From assembly GCA_965153285.1 (NCBI GenBank), contig OZ229121.1: 64,000 bases of DNA. One strand, written 5' to 3'. This document shows, in pieces, positions 11,417 through 24,117 of this stretch (positions within the stretch are counted from its first letter, which is position 1; each line of letters begins with the position of its first letter). A program made the position numbers and the translations under genes. Below the pieces are notes generated by a model. It was not told where the DNA came from. It saw only the letters and a list, made by a program, of their open reading frames with translations, and made no database searches. The DNA is from Podarcis tiliguerta. Its lineage: Eukaryota.

Positions 11417-12124
11417 CAGCCTCCGTGCTCCTCCATCCCCGCTGGATCGAGCCCGTCATGTTCCTCTACGACAACAGCCTGGAGGAGATCAACAAGAACA
11501 TGGAAGCCGGTTTCCACGCGGCGGCGGCCGCAGGCACCAACTTCGCCGCGGCCAACCAGTGCCGGAACCTGATGGCTCACCCAGCCTCGCTCGCAGCCCC
11601 GGGCAGCGCCGCCGCCTACACGTCGAGCGAGGCGCCCGCCGCCGCCGCCGCCGCGGGCATGGCTGAGCCCGGGGCATCTGTCAAGCAGTGCAGCCCCTGC
11701 TCGGCCGCCGTGCAGAGCTCGTCGGGGCCGGCCGCGCTGCCCTACGGCTACTTCGGCAGCGGCTACTTCCCGTGCCGCATGAGCCACCACAACGCCGCGC
11801 TCAAGTCGTGCGCGCAGCCCGCCGCCTCCTTCGCCGACAAGTACATGGACACGTCGGTAGGCGCCGCCGGAGAGGACTTCACCTCCCGGGCCAAGGAATT
11901 CGCCTTCTACCAGGGCTACGCCGCCGGACCCTACCAGCCGGTGCCGGGCTACCTGGATATGCCCGTGGTGCCCACCATCGGAGGCCCCGGGGAGCCCAGG
12001 CACGACTCGATGCTGCCCATGGAAGGCTACCAGCCCTGGGCTATCACCAATGGCTGGAATGGGCAAGTCTACTGCCCCAAGGAACAGAACCAGCCGCCCC
12101 ACCTCTGGAAATCCACTCTCCCGG
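11413..12124 (+). CDS. HOXA13: Homeobox protein Hox-A13, coding exon 1
   Basis: [14 protein letters not shown]...[11 protein letters not shown]...KEFAFY...WNGQVYC...HLWKSTLP is the HoxA13 N-terminal domain; phase-1 donor G|GTAATG at 12124/12125. Confidence 0.98.
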
Positions 12125-12302
12125 GTAATGCACCTGCATGGCCCTTCTTTTCTACTCCGGAGAATGCTTACTTAGTGCCTCACTGTCTGCCTTGCCCCGG
12201 TAGAATTAACAACGCCCGTTCTCCTCCTAAGCCTCCACCATCATCCCTCACTTATTAGCAACAATATGGTCGCTTCCCTTAAGAGACAGAATTCGCCCCA
12301 GT

Positions 12303-12398
12303 TAGGCTGCAAACCTAATCCACACTGATCTGGGAGTGAGTCCCCTTCAGCTCAGGAGGGTTTCGGTCCGAGCAGACGCACCCAGGATGGCTCTGCAC
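12303..12398. mobile_element. Decayed palindromic MITE-like repeat (family B) in the HOXA13 intron
   Basis: TAGGCTGCAAACCTAATCCACACTGATCTGGGAGTGAGTCCCCTTCAGCTCAG...CCAGGATGGCTC resembles the copies at 53.7 and 54.1-54.3 kb. Confidence 0.5.
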
Positions 12399-13774
12399 CT
12401 ATCCGTACTTCTCATAGTGCAACTGCAGCCCTCTTGGTTATTTCGCTCACAGCAGGGTCAGCCCCTTGCTCCGAGAAGACTAGCGATTTACTTGGCTGTC
12501 CCACCAATCATCGTGGTAGAAGTGAGAGTTGTTTTTAATGCCAGTCTCTTACCTTCTACAACGTGGTTACCTATATATGAGCCATTTGTTCTTAACTTTC
12601 ATAGGGAGAGAGTGCGTGTGTTTGAATCTATAGAAAACAGTAGGGTTTACTTGCGAGTAATGCATGAAAGATCCGATTGTTGCTTCGCTATCATCTCTCT
12701 CACCAAGCGCGTTTCTGCTTCTTTCTCTCCGTCTCTCCAGCCAAAATAGGGAAGATGTCTAGTTTACTGGTATATTAATATTTACCTCTTTTGCAACGTC
12801 ACCAACCCAACTAGCAGAAATTATAATAATACTTATAATATTGTAGCGTTTGCCCTCTTATTCACACTCTCCCAATACTCGTTAGATCAAGCCTCTCATA
12901 AATAATTTGATTATGATGATTAAATCCCTTCTTCCTTAGTATTACTGTTGCCATTCCCTACGCCACTATCACCCAGTTTAGTTCCTCGGTTTGGGCTATA
13001 TAATAAAACTTAGAGTGTTGTTGTTTTTTACTTGCTCAATTACTAGCTTTCTGATTAACATAAAGCCTTCCTGGTGAAGAATGAACTCCTTTAGTCAGAT
13101 TATTCCTCTACGATCAGCGGCTTTACCAATATATATGTGTGTGTAATATATATATTGCTACTGCACCAGAAAAGTACTAGAAGCTGCAATACTGTACTTG
13201 TAGCTGTCTAGCTTCAAGTCAGAAGATTGTTACTCCTTCTGACTGCTCTGCTTCCAAATTATTTCGACCATCAGTCTCCGCTCCCCCTCCCCTTCTTCAG
13301 CGGTACCAGAACTAAGTTTCGGGTACCTCAGCTCTGCTGGATCTAGATTCTAGAACATATGCACGATTTGTTTGTTTATATATTTATTTCCGAGGAGGGA
13401 ATGGGCTTGAACAAGTCTGCCAAGGGGCATTAAGTCTTCCCGGTGAACGAGAATTTTCCACCGAGGCTTCAGCTCGCACGCTTCATCGGTTATTATAACT
13501 GCGTATAATTTTCCTACAGTCTTTTGGTGTTACAGGGAAAAGAGCTTGCAGCGAAGCGCTTGCTAGCAGCAGAAAAGCAAAGCCCGCATTTCTGGGTGAT
13601 GACTTAGGAGCCAAGGCAGGCCTGTTGATTGCAGTCCATTTTAGCTTGTCACTGCGTGAAGGGGGAAGGCATGGTGAAGAGTAATAAATTGATATCAGTT
13701 GATGGTCGTAATAATGCTAATGCCCGCCTTCCTGTTTTGATTTTTTTCTTTTTTTATTATTACTATTATTATAG

Positions 13775-14019
13775 ACGTGGTTTCGCACCCTTCGGATGCC
13801 AACTCCTACCGGCGTGGGCGAAAGAAGAGAGTGCCTTACACCAAAGTTCAGTTAAAGGAACTGGAAAGGGAATATGCTACAAATAAATTCATTACCAAGG
13901 ACAAGCGCAGAAGGATATCGGCTACTACGAACCTCTCTGAGAGGCAGGTCACAATCTGGTTCCAAAACAGAAGGGTGAAAGAAAAAAAAGTCATCAACAA
14001 ATTGAAGACGACGAGTTAA
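13775..14019 (+). CDS. HOXA13: Homeobox protein Hox-A13, coding exon 2 (homeodomain)
   Basis: Acceptor TAG|AC at 13774/13775 gives D-VVSHPSDA...[67 protein letters not shown]; spliced CDS 957 nt, 318 aa. Confidence 0.98.
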
Positions 14020-15339
14020 CGGATTAAATGCAAGCGCAGCTGCCCAGAGGCCTAAAAAACCAACTCTCTTTCTCTATATTTTTTTGGTCCAGATTATAAT
14101 AATAATAATAATAAGTAAATAATAAGTAATAAGAAAATAAGAAAAGACAATGAACCTCTTCTTTCACCAGAACTCTCTGTCTCTTTGGAATTATGGCTTT
14201 TGGAGAGAGCGAGAAAGAGAGAGAGAAAGTATGGGTTCTTGAGAAAGGCTTTAAGACTTGTCAGTGCTCCCGAAATCCAGAAGAGGCCATTTCAGTGACT
14301 GAGTCTGAGAGCCCAAATGCCCAATCCAGAAATATTTCAGTTAAGAAAGATAAACATTTTGTCGAGAAAAGCGTGTAAGTATTACTGTGACTGTTGTAGG
14401 ACACTATTTAGGACTGTAATCTGAAATATGGCTTTTTTAAAAAAACACACGCGCGCGCGCGCGCACACGCACACACTTTGCGATCCAATTTCTTGCGTTG
14501 CTTCCCAAAAGCATGTTTGAATGGTTGCTCAGGTAAACACGGGGGTGGGGTGGGGTTGTACAATTACTGTATGTTAAAGCAATGCCTTTTGTGTTTTCTG
14601 TTTTATTTTCTTTCTGGAGGAAGGTACTAAGTACCAAAGACAGCAGTAATGAAGGAAACTCTGCGAAGGATGAACCTTGAAAAGAAATTAAAACCAGTCT
14701 AAACTACCGGGTGTAAAAAGGGGAACCTTACAAAAAAAATAATTGATTTACTTTCCAATCGCTCATTTCTTGATCCCTAAACTCAGTGATAATAGAATGC
14801 TCCAGAGATTTGTAAAGGGACTCTATAGCTTTTCAGTATCAGCGACATTAATCAAGTAACAAATGGTGTAAATCCCATAAATGACTGTTTTCCAAACTTG
14901 GGGAGAAACAGAGACATGAGAGTTATAATTGTGATGTAACAGAAATCCCTTTCTAAGAGAAACAATCTCAAAGGACCTGATAATGAAAATATATTTTGCT
15001 TCCCAGAGATATCTATATATTCTATAGTTTGAACTATGAGTAAGTAGACCTTTTTCCTTCTTCGTTTTCAGTTATCAGGCTGCATTAGTAAGTATAGGAA
15101 TTCATTTTACAGCACTTTCACCCCTTGAAACAAATCAGTCTGCAACTTCAACCAGCACATTATTATTCCCACCCCCCACCCCCGTTCACAAGGAGAGGCT
15201 ATCTTGTAAATATTTTTTTTTAATCAGCACACTGTGAAAATGTATTGGTGCACCCTTGGTTTGTTTTTTGTTTTTTTTTATATTTTTACTGAAAATGAAA
15301 ATCTAAGAGCTGTAGATAGATACTAGTGTTAATACTGTT

Positions 15340-15364
15340 AATAAAAAATAGTCACTGTAATAAA
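15340..15364 (+). terminator. Probable HOXA13 polyadenylation signals
   Basis: AATAAA at 15340-15345 and 15359-15364, followed by a T-rich tract, about 1.3 kb after the stop codon. Confidence 0.6.
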
Positions 15365-15888
15365 GCCTGCTTAAACCCTCCTTTATTTCTTTCCCTCTGA
15401 TATATACATATATGTGGATTTCAGGACGAATGTACTTATCCTGCAGGCCTAATGTTTTCTCCTAAATTGCTGATATGGTCCATATTTCCCCCGTAAATTA
15501 CCTAGCCCAGAAAGCGAATGCGTGATAACTAAACTATAAATGTTTCAGTAAGGTTAAAGAGTCAGGTATTCTGAAGCGGGGGGGGGAGAGGAGGAGATAT
15601 AAACGTTGAGCCGGAGCACCCCTTCCAGAATGAAAAACAGTTGTTAGAGACCACAAATGCAAGAGTGTCGTATTTAAGGTTTATTGGCAGGGCCGGTTAA
15701 GAGTTTTTTTGGGGGTGGGGGGGAGCAAGGAGAGAGAGAGAGAGAGAGGTTTTGGTATTTGTTGAAATGACAGGACTAGGAAGGCCTTAAACCTTGACCT
15801 TGATGGGGGTGGGGGGTGGAGAAAAGACAATTTGTGACCTTGACTTTTGACAGCTCATGAATAGCCTTCTTCTGGATTAGTAGATGAA

Positions 15889-15908
15889 GGGCGCCACCTC
15901 GTGTTTCC
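15889..15908 (-). promoter_or_regulatory. Candidate CTCF site 3' of HOXA13
   Basis: Minus strand GGAAACACGAGGTGGCGCCC matches the CTCF core (NCACNAGRKGGCGC); position fits the known A11|A13 site. Confidence 0.55.
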
Positions 15909-16899
15909 ACTTCGGCTTTGTCGGCACTGCTGCGAACGATGGAAACCCAGCGAGGCCTGTCACCTGGCGCCTGCTTCACCAGGCGGGCGTCAGCCGAACT
16001 AGCCAGGATGCAGGAAAGCACACCGGGCGGCATTAGTCTAGGGCTCATTTCACATCCCCGTCTCTTGGGCTTGTCTCGGAGACCAGTACACATTAAGACG
16101 CTTCTTCCTTGACTGGGCGTTGGCTCCTGAGAGCGCCTTGCATTTTGTTTATATATATATCTCCAAGAGCTCTTTGCTGCCTGTTCGCCACCCTAATTAG
16201 AGCAACTTTTAAGGCGAATAATAATAATAATAATAATAATTTATTATTTGTACCCCGCCCATCTGACTGGGTTGCTCCAGCCACTCTGGGCGGCTCCCTA
16301 CATATATAAAGACATAATAAATAAACGCTAATACTTTGTCTACTGATCGTAACTTATCACAGGCGACCCTGAGGTATTGGCTAAGTCTTCGATCTTTTCA
16401 GAAACGTCAGGACTCGTAGGTCTGTCTCTCCGCCACCAGTCGAGATATATGGATGTGCACGAGTGTGCATACGTATGCAGCCATAAATCTGTTCGCCTTT
16501 AACGTGCTACAGAGGAAGAACTCTCTTTCTGTGATAGGCAGGGGAAAATGTGTGTGCATGCTTGGGCGTATTTTTGATAGGGAGGGCAGGCCTTTTGTTA
16601 GGGGGGAGTCCTTTGTGGGGGGCCAGAACCTTAGTTTGCTATGTATTTTTATTGAATTTTATTGGCTACGCTCATGTGTGCATGTACATCCATGCGCGTA
16701 TGTTCGCATATGTGTGCACATATACACATACGCATACACGTCCTGTGGGAGATTACATAACTACCAATGTATATTTCACTTTTGCTCGTCTTCAGGGGGT
16801 CCTTCAAGGCTCAAGTCACAATAAATGTATTAGTCTTTAAGATGTCACATGACCTTTTCTTTCATTTTTTTTTAGCTATTTAAAGTGACTCTCTGGGAC

Positions 16900-17012
16900 A
16901 GTGGGTGGTACCCAATAAGTTTTACTAAGAGTAAATCCATTGAAATTAATGTGCCTAAGTTATTCATGGCCCTTAATTTTAATGGGACAACTGAGCACGG
17001 CCAACAACCCAG
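16900..17012. mobile_element. Short palindromic repeat (family C)
   Basis: CCATTGAAATTAA (16937-16949) / TTAATTTTAATGG (16973-16985); outer TGGGTGGT / ACAACCCA; similar to 7095-7180. Confidence 0.55.
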
Positions 17013-17734
17013 TAAAGTGGTCTTCTTAATACAGTATAAATTGTTAATACCTTCAGGTAGTATTTCAGAACGCGAAATGATCTCCTAGAAAAAGGAACTG
17101 TTTGAGGGATTTTATTGTGGGCTCTTTTTTTTTCTTTCTCGGTGAAATATAGAATGAATGAATGAATGAATGAATTGAATTGAAAGGCTATTTTAATGTA
17201 TCTGGCAGAAATGCCTGGCAATCCAATAATGAGCCTCTCCAAAAATCTTTTCTTAAGGCCTCCTGCCACCTCAGTTCTCAAGCTACTGAGACTGAGATGC
17301 TCAGATTGGTTGGTCCTTCCCTTCCCAGTGAGGTCCAAGTTCACTGCTTTACTTTGAAGACGGACGGAGCTAAAACTCTCAGACAACAGAGATCTTATGC
17401 AAGCGAAAACCGGCTATCTTTAAACTGAGAATAAGGGGGATGCAAGTATAAATAAACTGATGTTTTGGTTCTGTGGAAGGGCATTTTCAAAACAGCAACC
17501 GGAATTTGTTTCCTAACATACAGAGCATTTTTTTTGCTTTTACAGAGAGTGTTTATATGGCGTTAGTGAGGACTTAGGGGGCTTCTGGGTGACTTTAGCG
17601 GTGGATCCTAGACGCCTTGACGGGCTCTCCACACCTGGAACTATCCAGGATAGGGAAAGGGCAAGAGTTCCGAACTTTGCGGCGCTGCTGGGAAAGTAAT
17701 TCGCTACTTGTTTCCTGCATACTAATTGCATGTT

Positions 17735-17790
17735 AAGAGCTGTGACCTTGGAAAGTGCGCCTCAGTCTCAGCTTGCCCGCTGCACGTCAG
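17735..17790 (+). mobile_element. Possible very old CORE-SINE (MIR-like) fragment
   Basis: GCTGTGACCTTGGAAAGT...CTCAGTCTCAGCTTGCCC resembles the CORE motif TGTGACCTTGGGCAAGT...CTCAGTTTCC; short and degenerate. Confidence 0.3.
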
Positions 17791-20049
17791 AACTCATCTT
17801 CCTTGAACAATGCGAATAGGGATTTTGGCTTCCCTTGAAGTCTGTGCTCAAACTCCCGGACCTTCGCGGGGCTAGGTGCCCCACTGTCCTTATCCTCTTG
17901 GAAAGAATCCCAATGTAGGAGTTCAGATGATCTACCACTGCCCGAGGACACTGAGGGCACAATTTGGGTTGGATAATACAATATCGCCCAGTTACCTCTC
18001 TCAAATTCTCGACCCTAGTTTCCAAGTTGCTTTTCCTACTGACCTCACTCTTTACTATTTATTGTATATGCTGTGGCGTTAGGTACAATTCTAAGTGTTT
18101 TCAAATAAGTTCCCGGACGTTCCAATAATTAAAAACAGTAGTTAAAGCCTCACAAAAAAATGTGACTAGACAATTAATTGGAGAACATGATGGCACATAC
18201 GTGTGTAATTTGGCGTGTGAGTGTATGGCATTTAGTGGCACATAAATATATGCTAATGTATACTTGGATTACAGGTGGATCCCGTGCGTTCTGCAATACG
18301 CAAACCACTGTGAACATCTTTTGTTAATGCAGCTTTTATCATGTATGGAATGCGTAAACTATTATTCAAAACACTTATTTCAGGTATGGGAATATATGTG
18401 CATTGTATGGAACGAAAATGCCAAAATATGCATAAATCTGTGCCTGTGGATATACTCAAGAGGTGCAGTCGTGCACGTCTGAGTACATTATTAACAACTA
18501 TATAACCAATATCGTCTTCCAAATCAAGACAAGGAACCCAGATTTAATCCTTAGGAGTTCAGTGGGACTGCTACACGAACTCGTTGGAGATAACTGAGTT
18601 GAGAATCCATCTGCTACATACTTTGGCACTTTGCTTTTAAAGTTTACCCATGCCACGTTAAACCAATAAATGCAATGCTCTTTAATGTGATATACACACA
18701 GAGCGATATATATATATACTGTATATATAACTGAAGCAACAACAACAGTAAAAATCCTTCCAATTCTGCACCCAGGCAGGAGCCATCGTATACTCTAAAC
18801 ATTCCCATTGTAGGTTGGCACCTACACACAGAGGTAACTCCAGTTTTCTTTAAAATATCAGCAAGAGGGATGGAGTGAGACAAAAACCTCTTTTACATCT
18901 ACTTCTTGTGAAATCTCCTCTGATTAACCAAGACGAGTGCAGACTGAAAATGAGTTCTCCTGTTCTGAAAGCACAGCATTCCTGTTAATTGCAGACTGAG
19001 TATTTTTAAAATTATTTTTAAAGATATCCGTGTGCATTTCTAGTCCCAAACCAGGACTCCTTCGGCCTTAATTCTAAATAGAGACGAATGTTGCAGTAAT
19101 ATTGGGAATGGTGGTGGCAGTAGTAGTAGAAGTAGTAGTAGCTGCAGCATGAGCAATTGCTGTATTTGTATCCAACGGAGTATTGTTCTTCCCTCCCGCG
19201 CCCCAAGTAACAATCCCAAGAAGGCTTGTCCGTTCCTGGGCCCGTTGGGAAGCCATTGCAAAATGCCTCCATGGGAAGTACGGTAAAATGCGTAAGAAGC
19301 TCAGTCAGCCAGCTGGTCTCTGGTCATCACGTTTTCTCAGTTCCACTGAGAGTCTGCGACACCCTGGAAATTCAGCCATGGGCAAATAAAGAGGGTTTGT
19401 TATCCTTTTCTCCCTCACCTCGCAAAATGACTTTTTTTAAAGGAAACGCAGCCCATGTGATATTTTCTCCTCTTCTCGGCTGCAGTCATTGTCAACCTCA
19501 TCCCTGAGAAATGCAGGGGAATAAAATCGGACGCAGGCTGTGCGGTGCATGGTGAATTCTCTACAAAAGGTCACGCTAACAAATCAGAACCCTTCGGATG
19601 CGGACCCTGAATTTCGAAATTTAAGTTCCTCGGGATAACTTGCCGCATTATAGCTTAAATTCTGAGCCTCCTAGAACGCATATATGGGATATTAGTAGAT
19701 TTACACCCCACGATCCTAAAATTGTTTGTTAAGGAACAAATTATGTTATTCCAAACGTGCTTAATTTCCATATGAAATATTTCGGATTCTGGTATTCTTC
19801 CATTAACTTCCCCGGGCTTCTCGCTTGATTAAAATAGCTCAAGAAGCTTCCGATTTCAGGGCTAGATTTTATTAGTGCTTCAACTTAACATTTCACGCGC
19901 GTATTTGTTAAGGAAATCATATTCTGATGTGTATAATCTCCAGCGATTTCTCAGACATACCATGAAATTCAGGCCAAGGGGAAATGGTTCATTTTGCACA
20001 AATCCACCGCCCATTTAAACAGGCTGCTTAGACTTACTCAGATTTACAC

Positions 20050-20370
20050 CGTGGCTCTAAAAACATTGACTTGGGAGTAATTCCAAATGGTTGCGAGAGA
20101 TATGACTCCCCGGTCACTGATTTTTAGGATCTCAGCCTTAGGTGGGAAATGGGGCTAAATCCTGCTACTGTAGGTTCAGTGGACTGGGTCCAGCTCAAGA
20201 CTAATAACAATCCCACCTTGCTCTGCCTTGTCCTCACAATCTATGATCGTATAATGGATTACGACGAGACCCGCAACATGCTTATTTATAAATGTATGTG
20301 TCTACTCGGAAGTAAACCCCACTGCGTTCAACGGAGCTAACACTTAGCGTAGATACGATTTCAGCCTGAG
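20050..20370. mobile_element. Two decayed family-B MITE-like copies (about 20050-20142 and 20290-20370)
   Basis: ACTTGGGAGTAATTCC...TAGGATCTCAGCCTTAG and TCTACTCGGAAGTAAACCCCACTGCGTTCAACGGAG...GATTTCAGCCT share the family core. Confidence 0.5.
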
Positions 20371-22147
20371 ATGCAATGTCCTATTATTTTGTATCAAGAT
20401 TGGAGAGACCAGGCCGCTTGATAAACTGTGCTTGAAGAATGAACTTCCATTTTCTTATTGGTTTTGCATCCATTAAATCCCCTCATTCATTCTCTTTTGC
20501 TTCAGTAATAGGAATGCCTAGATGTTCCGGTAGGGTGTGGTGCCTGTTATTTATGGCCTTCATTTACCCCTAAACTGTTGGCACATATATTTCCAGGTTA
20601 CAAATTGCTGTTGGGTCACATTTACCCCCCTCTCCCCATCTGCCGCCTTCGTTCTGAAATATATGCGTAATATCTGCTTTATAAGAACATCTATCACTAA
20701 TGAAATGCGTCCGCCACTACGAATGCCTGCCTTGAGTTCGCGGCCAGTTCCCACGCAGCATTCGTGCCTTTCCAAAGAGCATGGCGCTAAGGTGGACACT
20801 TCCACTTGTCCTGTTTCATTCTGCCATAGAAACACCAGGATGGGTTTTGTTTTTTTTTTGTATTAATTTCAATAAGAAAATCTCCGTTACTTCTTAAAGC
20901 AAACGTGTTTAGCACACCAATATAGTTTTAAGAAACTCCCCTTCCTAAATCGTTGCGTTTTGCATGGGGGTGGGGTGTCTGTGAGTATATACTGCGCTCC
21001 ACACACACACACCCCTTTTCTTCTTCCTCTAAAACGGAAACATTCCTAACCACCTTGGGTATTAAACTTTGTCCCTAACTAGGAAATATAGTAATGTGGG
21101 GAAACGATTAGCGTTTATGCATATTGACTTTTAATGGCGGTAGGGAACGGCGAAGTAAGATTAACTGTAAATTCAGATGGTGCCAATCCTGGGAAAGTTA
21201 GAGGCGCATCACGTTCAACGGCAAGCTCTACATAATCACCTAAAGTAGAAGGAATATATATAGGACTCCAGAATATAATCCGCATTCTAACCTCTCAAAC
21301 TGCTGGCAGCAACAAATGTGTTTTTCTCAACAGGAAATAAAATTTGACAGCAGTGTGTTTCCTAATCAGAATTAAAGTAATACTGCGAGTCTATAACTTA
21401 GGCCATTTCTCTCCTCGAACATACTTCCGTTTCAAAACACCAAGCGCTTAGTGCTTCAGATTGCAATGATTGGGATATAAATAGCTTGTGCTATCCAGGA
21501 AAAGACTTAGATTTCTAGAAATATATATATATATCGGGCAACTATTTTAGGGCCCAACTGTAAATGAAAGTTAAATGTGAGTGGGTGTTTTAAAATATTT
21601 GGTTTTTAAAAAGGCATCAGTGTGTGTTAACTGAAATACGTTTCAGTATCTAAATCCCTCTGCAAATGGAGACGAGTAACTATTTTTTTAACGTGAGGAA
21701 GACCTAAAGAGACCTGAGTTTGTTGGATCCGGACCAATGGAAAACGCGGGCTTCCTGAGCAGTGCGGGGAAGGGGGGGGAGCCTCAGGCACAGGGGAAAA
21801 GCAGAATCGTGGATAATAGTTTCCAGCCGCTCATTCTGCAGTACTGAAAGATTGTCCCGCAGATTTGAATGGAGCTCGAGCGATCTGTGAAGGTCCGAGA
21901 TAAATTGTGTCGCTATCTCTTTAACACCCTCCCCTCGCCTGCGCACGCACACACACACACTTTGCTCCTGGATTCTCTCCCTCCTTCCCTCCCTCCCAAA
22001 GACCCCACTGGTTGTTTTATGATAGGTGGGGGCGGGGGGAGGAAGGGGAAAGGCGCGTCAATAATGAAAGTGGATGTTTCTAATCTATTGACGAGGATAG
22101 ATTTCGTTTCGTTTTAGTTTTGTAGCGAAGCAGAAGTCTTTCCCTGA

Positions 22148-22152
<5 letters not shown>

Positions 22153-22192
<40 letters not shown>
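22153..22192. repeat. (AC)n microsatellite
   Basis: About 20 AC units. Confidence 0.95.
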
Positions 22193-22193
<1 letters not shown>

Positions 22194-24066
22194 ATTCCTG
22201 CGTTGCATACGTTTGATTCTTAAACTACAAGCTCCGGCGAGGAAACGGTCCTGGCTGGCTTTCGCTGGAGAAATAGACCAAATATGGCGTGCAGGAAAAA
22301 GCCCGTGGCTTTTGCCGCTCTTGCCTCTGATTTCCGATTAAAGATCCCCGAAGAGCGCATCTTTTCCTCCGCCCCCTCTCCCTCCCTCTCCCTCCCTCCC
22401 TCATCTCCTCATGCAGCGTGAAAGAAAGAGCCCCTCTTCGACGTAGTAAAGGTCAAGTCCTACAACGCACAAACCACGGTCATTACTGTACGGTGACCCA
22501 TGGTGAATTGGGGAGGGAACGTCAGGGTGTCCCGCCATCAAAAACATTTGGACTTTCCCTCTGGTGGGACTAGTGGGGGGAGGACACGTCTGGGATTCCA
22601 CCGCCCTTGAGTCTCGTTCCCTCACTTTCGTTGGCCTGATCATCTCCATCGGAACTTTAAGCAGCCGGATTTGAGAGGAGGAGAAGTCAACGTGAGATGT
22701 TGGGAGCATGTTCTGGCTCAAGTTCGTAACGAGGAGAAGCAGACTAACATTAAGGGCTCTGCTTCCCGATCGTCGGATGATTCAAAACCCGGAGGGGGTC
22801 TAGATCAGCCGGCCTCAATCCAGCTTTATTAGCATACCGGCTCTCCCCGTCTCCCCCCTCCCTTAAAATCCGAGTTGATCTGGAGCTTTAGAGGCGAGAT
22901 CCGAAACCTGCTTGTCCAGTTCCTCTTTGATGTTTTGCGCCGGTAGACTGGATCTTGGAGAATGGGGTAAGATTATTCTGATAATCTCCACGCCCGTGGC
23001 AATGCCATGTGAATATGAATATGTATGTATTCATAACATTTCTGGTGCCGCTGCTGAATGCGTGGCTGCGATCGGTGTCGTCTAAATTGTCTTTCTATGA
23101 GTTTCTGTCTTTCCTTTTGTGGGATGTATTACAGTATTATTCCCACACCTACACCCCAAAGCCGTTATTTTTTCACCACCCCTCCGCTTTGACGTTTCAT
23201 ATCTATCTGTCTATCGATGAATATAGATTAGATATAGATAATATTTGAAAAAGCACCAATATTTTTTTTTACTAGCCGCCCCCCTCCTTACCCCCCCCAA
23301 AAAAACCATTTATAGCATAACGAAGTGTTTATTATCTGGAAAAAGGGAAGTAACATTCGCCTGCAATTCGCCTGCAATTTTATTCACGCCACAATTCGAG
23401 GTGCAATTTCTGGAAGTCCCACCTCCCTCTCCCCACGCCGCCCAAAAATCTATTTGCCGTCAAATAGGAAGCTTTCGCAATGTGTGCATGAATTTATTAA
23501 TACAGCTTTTAGTACAATTATTTATCTTTGGGACAGCATTCCTAGGCACAACAGGGAACAGTCCCGCTTTCTATAGTTCTGCTTAAGCCCTCTTCCATTT
23601 TCAGTATTTGGAACATCAGAAATATCCTCGTGGGGGTACCTCGTGGTTTAAATGCCATTTTTACCCGACCCTGGACTTTGGCGAGGGATGCCTCAGGGAA
23701 GATTTAGATGGCAATCGAAGACGCCTTGGTTTTTCCCCTGGTCTATAGTTAATGGTTTGCGTGTGACTAAATATAAATAAGGTTTACCGCAACAAGGAGA
23801 CCCACTAGGGTGGACAGCTGTGTGGCGATAGGGACAGGGATCAGGAAATGTTAGATGAGGGCGCTGCCCCTCCGTGTGTATTTTTAGCCAATTTCTCCTG
23901 GCTGCTATTTTTCCGCTCGTTGCTGATGCAAAGGCAGGATTATCAATCCAATTCAAACCCAGGGCACTACAGAGTAATGAATATTCGCCCTTATTGTTAA
24001 CCTATTTCTTCTGCTTGTTATTGTTCCCGCCCACTCTCTCATTATTGATGCAAATGATACCAAAGT

Positions 24067-24068
<2 letters not shown>

Positions 24069-24112
<44 letters not shown>
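24069..24112. repeat. (GT)n microsatellite
   Basis: About 22 GT units followed by AGATAC repeats. Confidence 0.95.

Positions 24113-24117
<5 letters not shown>

Noticed and set aside
11320-12102. 260-aa antisense ORF over HOXA13 exon 1 (also those over A11, A10 and A9 exon 1)
   Set aside because: Expected shadow ORFs of GC-rich coding sequence; no recognisable domain.
23355-23410. Short direct repeats ATTCGCCTGCA x2 (also TTGATTCCATGG x2 at 7232-7262)
   Set aside because: Local slippage duplications; not a CRISPR-like or otherwise regular array.
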